A stretch of DNA of 64,000 nt from an uncultured Oscillibacter sp. (lineage in GTDB: Bacteria; Bacillota; Clostridia; Oscillospirales; Oscillospiraceae). Each line of letters begins with the position of its first letter. Within the stretch, counting starts at the first letter, position 1. The stretch is taken from contig CAJTZK010000010.1 of the NCBI GenBank assembly GCA_910583785.1, positions 7,338 to 71,337 on the forward strand. The letters are read 5' to 3'. Below, one piece after another: positions 29,363 through 39,101 of the stretch. The notes beneath the pieces are model-generated. The model saw only the letters and a list, made by a program, of their open reading frames with translations. It was not told where the DNA came from and made no database searches. A program made the translations under genes and the position numbers.

Positions 29363-29596
29363 ATGGAAATCAAAGAAAGATTAAAATCGCTCCGCAAGGA
29401 GCGAAAGGAATCTCAGGAGAAGGTAGCCAGAGCAATTGAAATTGCATTACGCAACTATCAGAGGATTGAGGCCGGAGAAGGTTTGCCAAGCCTCCCGGTT
29501 TTCTGTGCTCTGGCGGACCATTTCCAGGTCAACGCCGATTACCTGCTGGGCCGGACCGATGTCCGGGAGATGCTTCCGCCCTCTGGGGAGTCTTGA
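29363..29596 (+). CDS. XRE-family HTH regulator, cassette 3
   Basis: RLKSLRKERKESQEKVA...YQRIEAG...VNADYLLG. Confidence 0.9.
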   Translation: MEIKERLKSLRKERKESQEKVARAIEIALRNYQRIEAGEGLPSLPVFCALADHFQVNADYLLGRTDVREMLPPSGES

Positions 29597-29660
29597 GGAA
29601 ATTGGGAAGGTATTCTACCGATAGAAGTGCAAAAAAACAGGCCCGAAGGGCCAATACTTC

Positions 29661-29783
29661 TTTTTCTCTTTTGGACCGTGCACGGCCCGTTTTCTCTTTT
29701 TCTTCTGGAAGAAAAAGAGAAAATGGGGGGTGCAATGCACCAGCCATCCTCATGGCTGAAATCCCCCCCGCCCGCAAGGGCGA
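29661..29783 (-). repeat. Partial copy C of the structured repeat (same orientation as copy B)
   Basis: ACCGTGCACGGC, T/C-A/G hairpin, ATGGGGGGTGCAATGCACCAGCCATC, GCCC-GCAA-GGGC. Confidence 0.85.
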
Positions 29784-29816
29784 GCAAAAACCCTCCCCCT
29801 AAGGGGGAGAAAAGAG

Positions 29817-30458
29817 GTGCTGTCCATGTCCGGCTACCGGGTTCCCTTCACAGACGCGGAAACCGAATTCACCGAAAAACGCTCCCGCTTCCTCACGAAC
29901 CTCTGGCGGGTGGAGTCCGAGGCGGAGGCCCGGGCGAAGATCGAGGAGGTCCGCAGGCGGCACTACGACGCCCGGCACCACTGCTGGTGCTACCTCCTCC
30001 GGGAGGGCGGCGTGGTCCGCTACTCCGACGACGGCGAGCCCCAGGGTACCGCGGGCCAGCCCATGCTGAATGTCTTCCAGCGGCAGGAGGTCACCAACGT
30101 TTGCTGTGTGGTGACCCGGTACTTTGGCGGTGTGCTGCTGGGGGCCGGGGGCCTGGCCCGGGCCTATGGCCGGGGGGCCAAGGACGGCCTGGAGGCGGCG
30201 GGCACCGCCTGGGTGAGCCGCTGGACCCTTTGGGATGTGCCCTGTCCCTACCCGCTGCTGGAGCGGCTGAAGCTGGAGATCGCCGCCCGGGAGGGCGTCC
30301 TCCGGGATGCGGACTACGGGGCGGAGGTGACCCTCCACGCCGCTTTTTCCCAGGAGGGGGCGGCGGCCTTCGCCGCGCGCCTGACGGAGCTGTCGGCGGG
30401 CCAGCTGGAGATGGTCCCGGCGGGGGAGGAGTACTTACCGGGACCCCGGGAGGAATAA
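29817..30458 (+). CDS. YigZ/IMPACT family protein
   Basis: EKRSRF, ARHHCWCY, SDDGEPQGTAG, VTRYFGGVLLGAGGL. Confidence 0.92.
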   Translation: MLSMSGYRVPFTDAETEFTEKRSRFLTNLWRVESEAEARAKIEEVRRRHYDARHHCWCYLLREGGVVRYSDDGEPQGTAGQPMLNVFQRQEVTNVCCVVTRYFGGVLLGAGGLARAYGRGAKDGLEAAGTAWVSRWTLWDVPCPYPLLERLKLEIAAREGVLRDADYGAEVTLHAAFSQEGAAAFAARLTELSAGQLEMVPAGEEYLPGPREE

Positions 30459-30569
30459 AGGAACACCGGAGGCGCCGGGAAGAGGGCGGACCCATAGGCC
30501 CGCTCCTGCGGCCGTTCTCCCGGCAGAATACCATGCAAGGGCGGACATGTGTGTCCGCCCTTCCCCTGT

Positions 30570-31106
30570 TTACAGCCGTTCCGCCTTCTCCCCGGCGTAC
30601 CACATGTTGTAGGTCTGCCGATAGACCGCCGCCGCTTTCTCCGTGTGGCACACCATCCGCACCCGGCGGGGGAGCGCATGCTCCCGCAAAAAGTCCATGA
30701 TGGCCTTGAGCGCCACGCTGGCCGCCTGGGCCATGGGGTAGCCGTATACCCCGGTGGAGATGGAGGGGAAGTCCAGGGTTTCGATGCCGTGCTCCTCCGC
30801 CAGCAGCAGGCAGGAGCGGTAGCAGGAGGCCAGCAGCGCCGCCTCCCCGGCCCTCCCGCCCCGCCAGATGGGGCCGGGGGTGTGGAGGACATACTGGGCC
30901 GGGAGATTGTAGCCCTTCGTCAGCTTGGCCTGTCCGGTTTCGCAGCCCCCCAGGGTCCGGCACTCCGCCAGAAGCGACCGCCCGGCGGAGCGGTGGATGG
31001 CCCCGTCCACGCCGCTGCCTCCCAACAGGGTGGTGTTGGCGGCGTTGACAATGGCCTGGGCGTCGGATGCTGTGATATCGCCTACTAGAATGGAAAAACG
31101 GTCCAT
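30570..31106 (-). CDS. Macro domain O-acetyl-ADP-ribose deacetylase (YmdB-like)
   Basis: [36 protein letters not shown]. Confidence 0.92.
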   Translation of the reverse strand: MDRFSILVGDITASDAQAIVNAANTTLLGGSGVDGAIHRSAGRSLLAECRTLGGCETGQAKLTKGYNLPAQYVLHTPGPIWRGGRAGEAALLASCYRSCLLLAEEHGIETLDFPSISTGVYGYPMAQAASVALKAIMDFLREHALPRRVRMVCHTEKAAAVYRQTYNMWYAGEKAERL

Positions 31107-31205
31107 GGCAGGGTCCTCCTTGGTTGATAAAATGGCTATCTTCTATAGTATCGGACCTTCGCCGGGAAGGCAACGAAAATTTTTCGGGAAATTTTCAGAT
31201 TTCCC

Positions 31206-31236
31206 TTGACCTTGCCGTAACGTCAGCCCTTATACT
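31206..31236 (+). promoter_or_regulatory. MerR-type promoter with 19-bp spacer
   Basis: TTGACC-N19-TATACT with TGAC...GTCA dyad, directly upstream of a MerR gene. Confidence 0.75.
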
Positions 31237-31261
31237 CTCATTTGTCAGGAGGGATAGAGCT

Positions 31262-31999
31262 ATGGAATACACCGTAAAGGCCCTGGCGGAGCTGGCCGGG
31301 GTGACGCCCCGGACCCTGCGCTGGTACGACCAAAAGGGCCTCCTCAAGCCCCGGCGGACCACGGAAGCGGGCTACCGGATTTATGGCCCCGGGGAGGTGG
31401 ACCGGCTCCAGGCCATTCTCTTTTACAAGGAGCTGGGACTGGAACTGGAGGCCGTCCGGGAAATCCTGGACGCACCGGGCTTCGACCGCGTGGCGGCGCT
31501 GGAGGCCCGGCGGCGGAGGCTGGACGCCCTGATCCTGACGGTAGAGAAAACCATCGAAGAGGCAAAAGGAGGAACCCAAATGTCCGACAAGGAAAAATTC
31601 GAGGCGTTCAAGCGCCAGGCCGTGGAGGCCAATGAGGAGCAGTACGGAAGGGAAATCCGGGAACAGTACGGCCCGGAGGCCGTGGAGGCGTCCAACGCCA
31701 GGCTCCTCTCCATGACAGAGGAGGAGCACGGGCAATGGAAGGCCCTGGAGGCGGAGATTCTCTCCGCCCTGGCCGCCGCCGTCCGGGCCGGGGAGGACCC
31801 GGCGGGCCCGGAGGGGCGGCGCATTGCGGAGCTCCACCGCCGCTGGCTGTGCCGCGCCTGGGACAAGTACACGCCCCAGGCCCACCGGGGAGTGGCGGAG
31901 CTGTACACGGCGGACCAGCGCTTCACCGCCTATTATGACCAAGAGGTCCCCGGCTGCGCCGCGTTCCTGCGGGACGCGGTCCAGGCCTATACGGAGTGA
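31262..31999 (+). CDS. MerR-family regulator with TipAS-like domain
   Basis: GVTPRTLRWYD, GYRIY; C-terminal LYTADQRFTAYYD. Confidence 0.9.
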   Translation: MEYTVKALAELAGVTPRTLRWYDQKGLLKPRRTTEAGYRIYGPGEVDRLQAILFYKELGLELEAVREILDAPGFDRVAALEARRRRLDALILTVEKTIEEAKGGTQMSDKEKFEAFKRQAVEANEEQYGREIREQYGPEAVEASNARLLSMTEEEHGQWKALEAEILSALAAAVRAGEDPAGPEGRRIAELHRRWLCRAWDKYTPQAHRGVAELYTADQRFTAYYDQEVPGCAAFLRDAVQAYTE

Positions 32000-32032
32000 G
32001 CCAAGGGCCCGCCTTTCCGGCGGGCCCTTGAT

Positions 32033-33136
32033 TCAGGCCATCCAGGCCTCCAGCCCCAGGGCGGAGAAGGGGGCCTCCATGTAAAAGGAATAGCGGCCCA
32101 AGGAGCCGATGAGCCCCAGGGAGTCCTCTGTCAGGTAAAAGTTCTCCGTGGAATCCGGATCGAGGAAAGTCTTGGCTTCTTCTATCTGGAGGCCCTCCGC
32201 CTCGTCCCGGTCAAGGCTTTCATCCCAGATTTGTTTACAGTGGAACGCGCCGCTGTCCAGCAGGTCCTCCACCGTCCGGTCCGGCCCCAGGATATCCCGG
32301 AGGGCCAGGGCCTCCCCGGTTTCCAGATCCATGGTCAATCCGGCGTACCAGTCGTTTGGATGGGCGGCGATCATAAAGCAGCTGCTCGCATAAATCCGAA
32401 GGGAGAGGAGCCCCCGGTCCGCCCGGGTCACCACACCATTGCGGATGATTTCCCCCCGCATTTCCCACTCCGGGCGGAGGGCCTCCTCGTGATAGCCGTA
32501 AAAGAACGCCTCCCGGATGCGGCCGTTGACCTTTTCCCGGTGGGGAAAGTCCTTCAGCCAGCTTCCGTATTGGGGGTACTCGATTTCAGCCCGGAAGCCC
32601 AGCCGGGGGTTCTGGTAGAGGTAGAGCTGCCAGTGCAGACGGTCCGGGGCCTCCTTCCCGCCGCCCCATTGGCGGTCGTAAACCACCGGCCCCGGCGGCA
32701 CGTCGAACCGCAGGGGCGTGTTCAGGTCCATGTCCGCCGACAGCTCCGCCGTATAAACGGCGGCGGCCTGAAAGGCGGCGGTCTCCTCGTCCGCCTCCCC
32801 TGTCCGGTTCCAGTCCGGATTTTGAGTCAGTACGGGTTCAAAGAAGTTGGAAAAGGTGTACCAATCCCGCTCCTCATCCCACGTACAGGTGTAGGATTCC
32901 CTCCAGAACAGTCCCTCCGGATCCTCCAGCAGAAGCTCCCGCTCCTCCCCGGCGGGGGCGAAGTAGACCGTGTAGGTTCCCTCCACGCCGTGCTGGCGGA
33001 AGCCCTGCTGCAAAAACAGCAACTCCTGCCGGACCATGGGCGGCGGCTCCGGCGCTTCCGGCGTAGGATGGCCTTCCCCTCCACAGGCGGACAGCAGGGT
33101 CAGGGCCAGCATGAACGTCCAGATTCGGTTTTTCAT
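32033..33136 (-). CDS. Hypothetical lipoprotein
   Basis: AAGGAG SD; LSAC lipobox; C-terminus (TMDLETG, FYLTEDSL) resembles DUF3298/PdaC-like domains. Confidence 0.7.
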   Translation of the reverse strand: MKNRIWTFMLALTLLSACGGEGHPTPEAPEPPPMVRQELLFLQQGFRQHGVEGTYTVYFAPAGEERELLLEDPEGLFWRESYTCTWDEERDWYTFSNFFEPVLTQNPDWNRTGEADEETAAFQAAAVYTAELSADMDLNTPLRFDVPPGPVVYDRQWGGGKEAPDRLHWQLYLYQNPRLGFRAEIEYPQYGSWLKDFPHREKVNGRIREAFFYGYHEEALRPEWEMRGEIIRNGVVTRADRGLLSLRIYASSCFMIAAHPNDWYAGLTMDLETGEALALRDILGPDRTVEDLLDSGAFHCKQIWDESLDRDEAEGLQIEEAKTFLDPDSTENFYLTEDSLGLIGSLGRYSFYMEAPFSALGLEAWMA

Positions 33137-33238
33137 CCTCCTGGTCTCCTTTCAAGGTGATTTTCTCCATTATAAAACCGTCCCGCCGGGCCCGCAAGAG
33201 ACCTCCCCGGGCCCGGCGGGAAATAATTTCCCGCCCCC

Positions 33239-33267
33239 TCAAACTTTTCGCCCCCCTTCTCCGTCTA
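33239..33267 (+). promoter_or_regulatory. ECF-type autoregulatory promoter
   Basis: TCAAAC-N17-CGTCTA upstream of an ECF sigma gene. Confidence 0.6.
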
Positions 33268-33338
33268 TACTACAGAAGCCGCCCAAAGCCCAGGCGCCGG
33301 ACAGGGCGGCGGAGACCCGATCAGAAAGGAGCATCGAT

Positions 33339-33818
33339 GTGACGAAGGAAGAAATCGTGGCCTCGTTCCTCATTGAGACCCAGGCCCGGTCCTACCGCCT
33401 GGCTTACAGCGTCCTCCAGAACCGGGAGGAGGCCCTGGACGCGGTGCAGGCCGCCGCCTGCCGGGCCCTGGAGCGGCAGGACAGCCTCCGGGACCCCGGG
33501 GCCGTGAAGACCTGGTTTACCCGGATTTTGATGAACGCCTGCAACGACACCCTGCGCCAGAGGGGAAGGGTGGTCCCCTTCCCGGAGGAGGGCCCGGAGC
33601 CGGGCCGGGAGGACCCGGAGCCCCCGGACGAGTCCCTGGCCCGGCGGGTGGACGCCCTTCCGGCGGAGGTGGGGACCGTCATCAAGCTGCGGTTTTACGA
33701 GGAGCTGACCCTGAGGGAAATCGGTGAGGTCACCGGGCAGAACATCAACACGGTGAAGAGCCGCCTGTACGCGGGGCTGAAAAAGCTGCGCGTGGCGATG
33801 GAAGGAGCGGAAATTTGA
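33339..33818 (+). CDS. ECF sigma factor (SigV-like)
   Basis: GTG start after AAAGGAG; YRLAYS, KTWFTRIL, NTVKSRLY. Confidence 0.88.
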   Translation: MTKEEIVASFLIETQARSYRLAYSVLQNREEALDAVQAAACRALERQDSLRDPGAVKTWFTRILMNACNDTLRQRGRVVPFPEEGPEPGREDPEPPDESLARRVDALPAEVGTVIKLRFYEELTLREIGEVTGQNINTVKSRLYAGLKKLRVAMEGAEI

Positions 33819-34666
33819 TGAACGAATTCAAACGAGCCAAAGAGGACTATGACAACATCCCCATTCCCCAGGAGCTGGACGCCCGGGTCCGGGCGGGCAT
33901 CCAGGAGGGCCGGGCCCTCTGCCGGGCCCGCCGGGGCCGGATGGTCCGCCGCTGGGGAGCGGCCGCCGCCTGCTTTGTCCTGATGCTGGCGGGGCTGAAC
34001 CTGTCCCCCACCATTGCCAAGGCGGCGGCGGACGTGCCCCTCCTGGGGGGGCTGTTCCAGGTGCTGACCTTCGTGGACTACGAAAAGACCGAGGACGGCA
34101 TCCACTACGACGTATCCGTCCCCCAGGTGGAGGCGGAGAGCGGCCTGGCGGAACGGGTCAACGCCGCCATCCAGGAGAAGGTGGACGCACACCTGGCCAA
34201 GGCCCAGCAGGACTGGGACGACTACCGGGAGGCGTTCTTCGCCACTGGCGGAACGGAAGAGGAGTGGGCGGACCGGGAGATGGACGTCATCGTGGACTAT
34301 GAGGTCAAGAGCCAGAGCGGCAGCCGGGTCTCCTTCGTGGTGACCTTCGCCGAGGGCTGGGTGGCCTCCATGGAGGAGCGGTACTACTACAACCTGGACC
34401 TGGCCGAAAACCGGGACCTGGCCCTCCGGGACTACCTGGGAGAGGATTGGGTGGAAACCTGTAACGCCTCCATCCAAAAGCAGATTGACGCGAGTGTGGA
34501 CGAGGAGGGCTTCACCCTGTTCTTCACGCCGGAGGAAGGCGGCTTTACCACTGTGGATGAGAACACCGGGTTCTACATCCGGGAGGACGGCACGGTGGTG
34601 GTGTGCTTCCCCGAGTACAGCATCGCCGCCGGAGCGGCGGGTATGCCGGAATTCCCCATCAACTGA
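33818..34666 (+). CDS. Anti-sigma factor (RsiV-like)
   Basis: YDNIPIP, single TM, LNLSPTIA, FYIREDG...FPEYSIAAGAAG. Confidence 0.8.
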   Translation: MNEFKRAKEDYDNIPIPQELDARVRAGIQEGRALCRARRGRMVRRWGAAAACFVLMLAGLNLSPTIAKAAADVPLLGGLFQVLTFVDYEKTEDGIHYDVSVPQVEAESGLAERVNAAIQEKVDAHLAKAQQDWDDYREAFFATGGTEEEWADREMDVIVDYEVKSQSGSRVSFVVTFAEGWVASMEERYYYNLDLAENRDLALRDYLGEDWVETCNASIQKQIDASVDEEGFTLFFTPEEGGFTTVDENTGFYIREDGTVVVCFPEYSIAAGAAGMPEFPIN

Positions 34667-34715
34667 ACAATGCGGAGGAGGCCGCCCCATGGGGGCGGCC
34701 TCTGGCCGTTAGGGT

Positions 34716-36098
34716 TCAGCCCAGTCCCGGAACCTGGGGGAGCCTGGCAAGGCTGGCCTCCAGTTCTGCGTCTGTGGGCACGTAGTCCGTCATTTCCCCG
34801 TTGTGGAACTTTTCATAGGCCGTCATATCGAAGTACCCGGTTCCGGTGAGGCCGAAGAGGATGGTTTTCGCCTCCCCGGTTTCCCGGCATTTCAGCGCCT
34901 CGTCCATGGCGGCCCGGATGGCGTGGCTGGACTCCGGGGCCGGGAGGATGCCCTCCGCCCGGGCGAAGAGCTCCGCCGCCTCGAAGACCTTCGTCTGCTC
35001 TACGGACAGGGCTTCCATATATCCGTCGTGGTAGAGCTGGCTCAGCACGGGGCTCATGCCGTGATACCGGAGGCCCCCGGCGTGGTTGGCGGAGGGGATG
35101 AAGCCGCTGCCCAGGGTGTACATTTTCGCCAGGGGGCAGACCATTCCGGTGTCGCAGAAGTCATAGGCAAATTTCCCCCGGGTGAAGCTGGGGCAGGAGG
35201 CGGGCTCCACGGCCAGGATGCGGTAGTCCCGCTCTCCCCGGAGCTTTTCGCCCATGAAGGGGGAGATGAGGCCCCCCAGGTTGCTGCCGCCCCCGGCGCA
35301 GCCGATGATGACGTCTGGGACCACGCCGTACTTGTCCAGGGCCGCTTTGGCCTCCAGGCCGATGATGGACTGGTGGAGCAGCACCTGGTTTAAAACGCTG
35401 CCCAGCACGTAGCGGTAACCGGGCTGGGCGGCGGCGGCCTCCACCGCCTCGCTGATGGCGCAGCCCAGGGAGCCAGTGGTGCCGGGGTGCTCCGCCAGGA
35501 TTCTCCGGCCCACCGCCGTCTCCATGGAGGGGGAGGGGGTGACGGAGGCGCCGTAGGTCCGCATGACCTCCCGGCGGAAGGGCTTTTGCTCGTAGCTGAC
35601 CTTCACCATATAGACCTTGCAGTCCAGCCCCAGGTAGGCGCAGGCCATGGAGAGGGCGGTGCCCCACTGGCCCGCCCCGGTCTCGGTGGTGACGCCTTTG
35701 AGGCCCTGCCGCTTGGCGTAGTAGGCCTGGGCGATGGCGGAGTTCAGCTTGTGGGAGCCGGAGGTGTTGTTCCCCTCGAACTTGTAGTAGATGTTCGCCG
35801 GGGTCTGGAGTACTTCCTCCAGACAGTAGGCCCGGACCAGGGGAGAGGGGCGGTACATTTTGTAGAAGTCCCGGATTTCCCGGGGGATGGGGATTTCCGC
35901 CGTATCGTTGTCCAGCTCCTGCCGGATGAGCTCGTCGCAGAAGACGCCCCGCAGGTCCCCGAAGCCCATGGGGGCCCCGGTGCCGGGGTTGAGCAGGGGG
36001 GCGGGCTTGGCCTTCATGTCGGCCCGGACGTTGTACCAGGACTCCGGCAGCTCCGCCTCGGAGAGATAGGTTTTGTAAGGGATGGTTTCCAACTTCAT
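34716..36098 (-). CDS. trpB2: Stand-alone tryptophan synthase beta-like PLP enzyme (TrpB2)
   Basis: SGSHKLN, TETGAGQWG, GSVLNQVLLHQ, HAGGLRYHG, PAPESSHA. Confidence 0.92.
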   Translation of the reverse strand: MKLETIPYKTYLSEAELPESWYNVRADMKAKPAPLLNPGTGAPMGFGDLRGVFCDELIRQELDNDTAEIPIPREIRDFYKMYRPSPLVRAYCLEEVLQTPANIYYKFEGNNTSGSHKLNSAIAQAYYAKRQGLKGVTTETGAGQWGTALSMACAYLGLDCKVYMVKVSYEQKPFRREVMRTYGASVTPSPSMETAVGRRILAEHPGTTGSLGCAISEAVEAAAAQPGYRYVLGSVLNQVLLHQSIIGLEAKAALDKYGVVPDVIIGCAGGGSNLGGLISPFMGEKLRGERDYRILAVEPASCPSFTRGKFAYDFCDTGMVCPLAKMYTLGSGFIPSANHAGGLRYHGMSPVLSQLYHDGYMEALSVEQTKVFEAAELFARAEGILPAPESSHAIRAAMDEALKCRETGEAKTILFGLTGTGYFDMTAYEKFHNGEMTDYVPTDAELEASLARLPQVPGLG

Positions 36099-36146
36099 GA
36101 CGCTTGCTCCTTTCCAAGATAGAGGTTCTCCCGGAGGCGGAGCGTC

Positions 36147-36440
36147 AAAAAAGGACCTCCGTCCACGAAAGGACCCGTTACAGGTACCTTTGGGACAAAA
36201 GCCTTGAAACTTCTGCGGTGCCACCCAAATTGGCGATGGAACATCGCCCGCTCGGCGGCGCGCCAACACGCGCCTTTCCTTGGTAACGGGGGAAAAGCCC
36301 GTCGGAGCGTAATGGGGAACATCCCGTTCAGCCCGCCCTCCGCGGTCCATTCAACAGGCTTGTTTCTGCCGCCATTCCACCATCGGCGGCTCTCTTTGAG
36401 AACCAAGGCCCTGCCTACTCGTCCGCGTCATCGGTTTGCG
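36147..36440 (-). promoter_or_regulatory. Trp T-box riboswitch
   Basis: AGAGA and GGTGGAA stem I motifs; specifier GAA-TGG-A (36349-36347); T-box GGGTGGCACCGC (36226-36215); terminator with U-tract at 36152-36147. Confidence 0.9.
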
Positions 36441-36620
36441 CTTGTGAACTTGGGCACAGGATACGCCTCCCGGGGCGGTTTTGTCAAGCCCTAAAATTTA
36501 TTTTGACAAATCGGACAAGTTTGGCGGACGATGCGCCGTAAAATTTCAGCAAAGCTGACGGGGGCAAAAGAAGGGGTATGTTTTTCTCCAGGACGGCCAA
36601 GCTAGTGCCGAGGTGATTCC

Positions 36621-37919
36621 ATGGATTCCATTTGGAAGCAGACGGCGGAGCTGCCCCGGTTCGCTCCCCTGGAGGGGGATTTGAAAACGGACGTGCTGGT
36701 AATTGGCGGCGGCATGGCGGGCCTGCTGTGCGCCTATTGGCTGGACCGGGCGGGAGTGGACTACGCCCTGGTGGAGGCCAGGCGGCTCTGCGGAGGCGTG
36801 ACGGGGAACACCACCGCCAAGCTCACGTTCCAGCACGGGCTGATTTACGCCCGGCTCCTCCGGGAGTTCGGCCTGGGGCGGGCCCGGCTGTACCTGGAGG
36901 CCAACCGGGCCGCCCTGGGGCAGTACCGGGAGCTCTGCCGGGAAGCCGGGTGCGATTTTCAAGAGCGGGACGCCTATGTCTACGCCCTGACGGACCGGAG
37001 GAAGCTGGACCGGGAGCTGGAGGCCCTGGAACGCCTGGGCTTCCCGGCGGAGTTCTCCCGGACTCCGGCCCTGCCCATGCCCACGGCGGGGGCGGTGAAA
37101 TTCACGAAACAGGCCCAGTTCCACCCCTTGAAGTTTGCCGCCGCCATTGCCAAGGGGCTGCGGATATTCGAGGGGACCAAGGTCCTGGAGCTGGCCCCCG
37201 GCCGGGCGGTGACAAACCGAGGGACGGTGACGGCGGAGAATATCGTTGCCGCCACCCATTTCCCCCTGCTGAACAAGCACGGGGCTTATTTCCTCAAGCT
37301 CTATCAGGCGCGGTCCTATGTCCTGGCCCTGGAAAATGTCCCGGAGGTGGGCGGCATGTACGTGGACGAGGGGGAGAAGGGGCTGTCCTTCCGGGATTAC
37401 AAGGGGTTTCTCCTCCTGGGCGGCGGCGGCCACCGGACCGGGAAGAAGGGCGGCGGCTGGCGGGAGCTGGAGGACTTCGCGAAACGGCGCTATCCCCAGG
37501 CGGGGATCGCCGCCCGCTGGGCCGCCCAGGACTGCATGACCCTGGACGGCGTGCCCTACGTGGGGCGGTACTCCCGGGGGACGAAGGGCCTCTACGTGGC
37601 CACGGGGTTCAACAAGTGGGGGATGACCTCCTCCATGGCGGCGGCGCGCCTGCTGGCGGATTTGGTCCAGGGGAAGGAGAATCCCTGGGCGGAGCTCTTC
37701 AGCCCAAGCCGGAGGGTCCTCCGGCCCCAGCTGGCGGCGAATGCCTGGGAGTCCACGATGGGCCTGCTGACCCCCACGGTGCCCCGGTGTCCCCACATGG
37801 GCTGCGCCTTGAAGTACAACCCCCAGGAGCACAGCTGGGACTGCCCCTGCCACGGGTCCCGGTTTGGGGAGGACGGGGAGCTCCTGGACAACCCGGCCAC
37901 GGACGGCAAACGGTTGTAG
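36621..37919 (+). CDS. FAD-dependent oxidoreductase with C-terminal Rieske domain (YhfW-like)
   Basis: GGGMAG, TGNTTAK, GFNKWGMT, CPHMGC...WDCPCHGSRF. Confidence 0.92.
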   Translation: MDSIWKQTAELPRFAPLEGDLKTDVLVIGGGMAGLLCAYWLDRAGVDYALVEARRLCGGVTGNTTAKLTFQHGLIYARLLREFGLGRARLYLEANRAALGQYRELCREAGCDFQERDAYVYALTDRRKLDRELEALERLGFPAEFSRTPALPMPTAGAVKFTKQAQFHPLKFAAAIAKGLRIFEGTKVLELAPGRAVTNRGTVTAENIVAATHFPLLNKHGAYFLKLYQARSYVLALENVPEVGGMYVDEGEKGLSFRDYKGFLLLGGGGHRTGKKGGGWRELEDFAKRRYPQAGIAARWAAQDCMTLDGVPYVGRYSRGTKGLYVATGFNKWGMTSSMAAARLLADLVQGKENPWAELFSPSRRVLRPQLAANAWESTMGLLTPTVPRCPHMGCALKYNPQEHSWDCPCHGSRFGEDGELLDNPATDGKRL

Positions 37920-38107
37920 GGGGTACGTGATTTCCCCCCCGGGGGCACATGGGCGGACGCGTCAGCCGGAGGTCCGGCTTTTCTGGAATCCGGTGAGAGC
38001 GGCCCGCCTTTCCATGGGCCCGGCGGATAGCCCGCCGGGTATCCGGGAACCGTATACGGCGGCGGCGGGACCAGGCGGGCCCCGCCGGATTGAGAGGAGG
38101 ATGTTTC

Positions 38108-39055
38108 ATGAAAACCGACTACAGAAAGGCGGCGGTGATCGGCTGCGGCAACGTGGGGGCGTCCATTGCTTTCCGCTTTTTGCAGCAAGGGCTGTTCACC
38201 CGCCTGGTGCTTTTGGACGCCAACCGGGACAAGGCGGAGGGAGAGGCCATGGACCTCCGGGACGGGCTGCCCTATGGCGCGGCCATGGAGATCACCGCCG
38301 GGGACTATGATGACCTGGCGGACTGCGCCCTGGCGGTCATTACCGCCGGGGCCAATCAGAAGCCCGGGGAGACCCGGCTGGACCTCATTGGGAAGAATAC
38401 GGAGATTCTCCGCTCCATTTTGCGGGAGATTACCGCCCGGAGTTTCGGGGGCATCCTGCTGGTGGTGGCCAATCCGGTGGACGTGCTGACCTACGCGGCC
38501 TGGAGGCTGTCGGGCTACCCCCGGGAGCGGGTGATGGGCTCGGGCACGGTGCTGGACACCGGGCGGCTGAAGCAGCTGCTGGGGGCGGAGCTGGAGGTGG
38601 ACAGCCGGAACATCCACGCCTTCATCATCGGGGAGCACGGGGACAGCGAGCTGGCGGTGTGGAGCGAGGCCAACGTCTCCGGCCTGGACCTGGAGGACTT
38701 CTGCCGGGTCCGGGGGCAGACCCTGGGGACGGAGAACCGGGAGCGCCTGTACCGGGAGGTCCGGGACAGCGCCTACCAGATTATTGAGCGGAAGGGGGCC
38801 ACGTATTACGGCATCGCCATGGCGGTGGGCCGCATTGCGGAGGCCATTGTAAAGGACGAACGGGCGGTGCTGCCCGTGTCGGCGGTACTGGACGGGCAGT
38901 ACGGGATGAACGGCCTGGCGCTGAGCCTGCCGTCCATCGTGGGGCGGAAGGGCTTGCAGGAGATTCTGGAGATGCCCCTGAGCGGGGAGGAGCGGGCGGC
39001 GCTGGAGGCCTCGGCGGAGCAGATGCGGGAGGCCATCGGGACGCTGCGCCTGTGA
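38108..39055 (+). CDS. ldh: L-lactate dehydrogenase
   Basis: GCGNVG, QKPGETRLDL, NPVD, LDTGR, GEHGDS, KGATYYG. Confidence 0.95.
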   Translation: MKTDYRKAAVIGCGNVGASIAFRFLQQGLFTRLVLLDANRDKAEGEAMDLRDGLPYGAAMEITAGDYDDLADCALAVITAGANQKPGETRLDLIGKNTEILRSILREITARSFGGILLVVANPVDVLTYAAWRLSGYPRERVMGSGTVLDTGRLKQLLGAELEVDSRNIHAFIIGEHGDSELAVWSEANVSGLDLEDFCRVRGQTLGTENRERLYREVRDSAYQIIERKGATYYGIAMAVGRIAEAIVKDERAVLPVSAVLDGQYGMNGLALSLPSIVGRKGLQEILEMPLSGEERAALEASAEQMREAIGTLRL

Positions 39056-39101
39056 GGATTGGCGGAACGCCGGACAGGGGGGCCTGGACGGCGTTCCCGG
39101 C

